A stretch of 64,000 nucleotides of DNA from Pavona decussata (lineage: Eukaryota). Below the pieces are notes generated by a model. The model was not told where the DNA came from, made no database searches, and worked only from the letters and a program-made list of their open reading frames with translations. The stretch covers positions 2,046,001 through 2,110,000 of the forward strand of contig CDRNST010000114.1 of the NCBI GenBank assembly GCA_977016875.1, read 5' to 3'. Positions 62,301 to 64,000 of the stretch are shown here, one piece after another. Numbering within the stretch: the stretch's first letter is position 1; each line of letters opens with the position of its first letter. Position numbers and translations under genes: made by a program.

Positions 62301-62862
62301 ACTTACCTGTTGATAGTTGGAGGGCCATTTTGTTAAGTCCATGTTGGTGTGGTATCTAATTTGGCTAAAAAATGAGAGAAAGAACACATCGTTAGTTAAA
62401 GATCAAAGTCCTTCTAACTAGGGAAAAGGAAACTTGGATGATAAATAGTACGTTTAAAGGTGTTTCCTTTGAGGTCCGCTACGGACAGCGATGGCGTCAT
62501 GACGAGAGAATTACGTCATGATTGACATCTTGGAAATCTTGGGTTTCTGGATTTCTCGAAAACTTCAGAACACAAGCAAAGTTGACCGAAATGCAACTAA
62601 AACCTTTGGAAACCAAAATGCACTTGAACAGATCAAGATATGTTCTATTCAAAGAATTGATTTCTTTCCTCTCATTGTTCTGGAATTATTTTGTAGCTGA
62701 GTTCAAATCTTATTTCCCTATTATTAAGAAAAGAGGTAAAAACCACCATGACACTTCCCCTTTAATATTTCTTAAACTTTCACCTGCAGGGACGTGGACA
62801 CTTGGTATCACATTTCGAGCCTTGCAGGTCGAACATGTCCATTAAGTCGTCCAGACATTTTT
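56398..62862 (-). CDS. DEG/ENaC (ASIC-like) channel, last five exons; the 5' part probably lies beyond the window
   Basis: Phase-compatible exons 62862-62784 ([25 protein letters not shown], thumb), 62364-62307 ([19 protein letters not shown]), 61245-61169 ([10 protein letters not shown]..), 57298-57223 ([15 protein letters not shown]..) and 56556-56398 (TM2 [11 protein letters not shown]). Confidence 0.88.
57767..57810. mobile_element. Isolated right terminus of the TTAA element at 5134-5810
   Basis: GAGACACCTCTGAAGACACCTCTGAAGGTACCGGGTAACC+TTAA is identical to 5771-5814. Confidence 0.85.
58390..59054 (+). mobile_element. C-terminal exon of a CACTA/EnSpm-like transposase inside the ENaC intron (antisense)
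   Basis: An acceptor at 58388-58389 is followed by [52 protein letters not shown], the pattern of animal CMC-EnSpm transposase C-termini (from memory). The segment is absent from the paralogous intron 28090-28679. Confidence 0.65.
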
Positions 62863-64000
62863 CTAGACAAGCAGAAACAAAAGCGATGGAAGTGGAATAT
62901 ATGAAATACATATATTGGAACTGCTGATGAAAAAAAAAAATGAATAATTGAATAACCCATGATGTTTATTCACTAATTGAGAGATAAAAATATCACTTAT
63001 TTATCTAATCGATATCAAAAATATCTAAACCCTTTATCCTGGGCTTTTTCGTCCTTCGTGTGCATAGTGCACAATGTCCGGCATTCACTCTTACTGAATT
63101 AACTTCAAGAGCATCAATTTTAAGCCATGAAAATTCTTTTATGACCAAAACGGATTCCTTTAGTAATCTCAAAAGGGGACGATATTTTCATATGAATTAC
63201 GCCATTAATCTCAGTTGCACAACTTCCATCTTGAAAATTGAAATTCTCGATTTTTCGAAAATCTAGTAAAGCCTTTCACTTTCAAGTTGGTAATGTGCAA
63301 TCCTGATCCGAGTGTCATTCACTCAACCAAAAGCTGAAGGATTAGCATAACCATACAAGACTTCTTAGGAATCTGGACACAACGCAAGCACAGAAAAGAC
63401 AAATGGTAAAACATTCATCAGCAGAAATCGGATTGACTGTGATGAACAATCAACCCTGTGTGTCTTACTTATTGACTGAAAGCCATAACAATTTGGTTTA
63501 CGTTTGACGCAAAACGAACAGTTATCCAAATGAGCACTGCAACTCCCTTATAACCTTTAGAAGATGATATAGAGTACTATCTTTTATTTTCTTAAATAAA
63601 AACAGCTAAATACTCCCCGAAGGTTCCGTTTCCACATTTGACGCAAGGGTAGACCTTATCACGGTATCAAGAGTATTATGGGTAATCGAGCCAACATGGT
63701 AAAGATTATAAAGGTTTACATCAAAATTGTGACCAACCCTCCCCCGCCCCCTGCTCAAAAAAAAAATAATGCAAGAACACAGTTAAATATCATTAATGCT
63801 GGAGTTAACATTAACCAAGCATGGAAAGAGTAATTACAATATACACTTAATGCATTGTCCCGAGGAAACAGTTCGTTTTGTTTTATGCGATGAATTGTAT
63901 CCCGGTCGGTATACATTTGTATTTGATCAAGGGCGCGTGACCAAGAATCAACCACTCACAGTGCTCGTTTTGTTGTGTGAAAGTCTAGGTATATAACAAG

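Noticed and set aside
63000-64000. Further upstream ENaC thumb exons
   Set aside because: No phase-compatible Cys-rich exon could be read with confidence. They probably lie beyond the window.

Overview
AT-rich, intron-containing eukaryotic DNA. The repeat families and genes suggest a cnidarian, probably a stony coral; this is inference. I assembled the genes by hand from GT-AG boundaries and checked the splice phases. (1) The 3' part of an SLC1 (EAAT/ASCT) transporter, +3657-8993, has non-canonical substrate- and ion-coupling residues. (2) Two intact 7-exon paralogues (-10157..15820, 474 aa; +35626..42597, 490 aa) have the layout of prokaryotic GluR0: a split periplasmic-binding-protein ligand domain around an inverted K+ pore with a TTVGYGD filter. 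They add a third TM helix and a coiled-coil-like tail. These are candidate ligand-gated K+ channels and the most interesting signal in the window. (3) There are three DEG/ENaC pieces: the 3' end of a probably intact gene (-56398..62862, running off the window), an orphan pair of terminal exons (-44373..44974), and an inverted, internally deleted copy (+26713..29569) that still splices into a continuous 246-aa frame. A tandem duplication of the convergent 3' ends leaves the GluR0-like and ENaC genes each with a spare, interleaved pair of terminal exons. The rest is transposon-derived: a decayed full-length PIF/Harbinger element, CACTA/EnSpm, THAP and TTAA-type fragments, a DIRS-like relic with a 45-bp minisatellite, tRNA-derived repeats and many MITEs. 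Comparisons to reference proteins are from memory and were not checked against databases.
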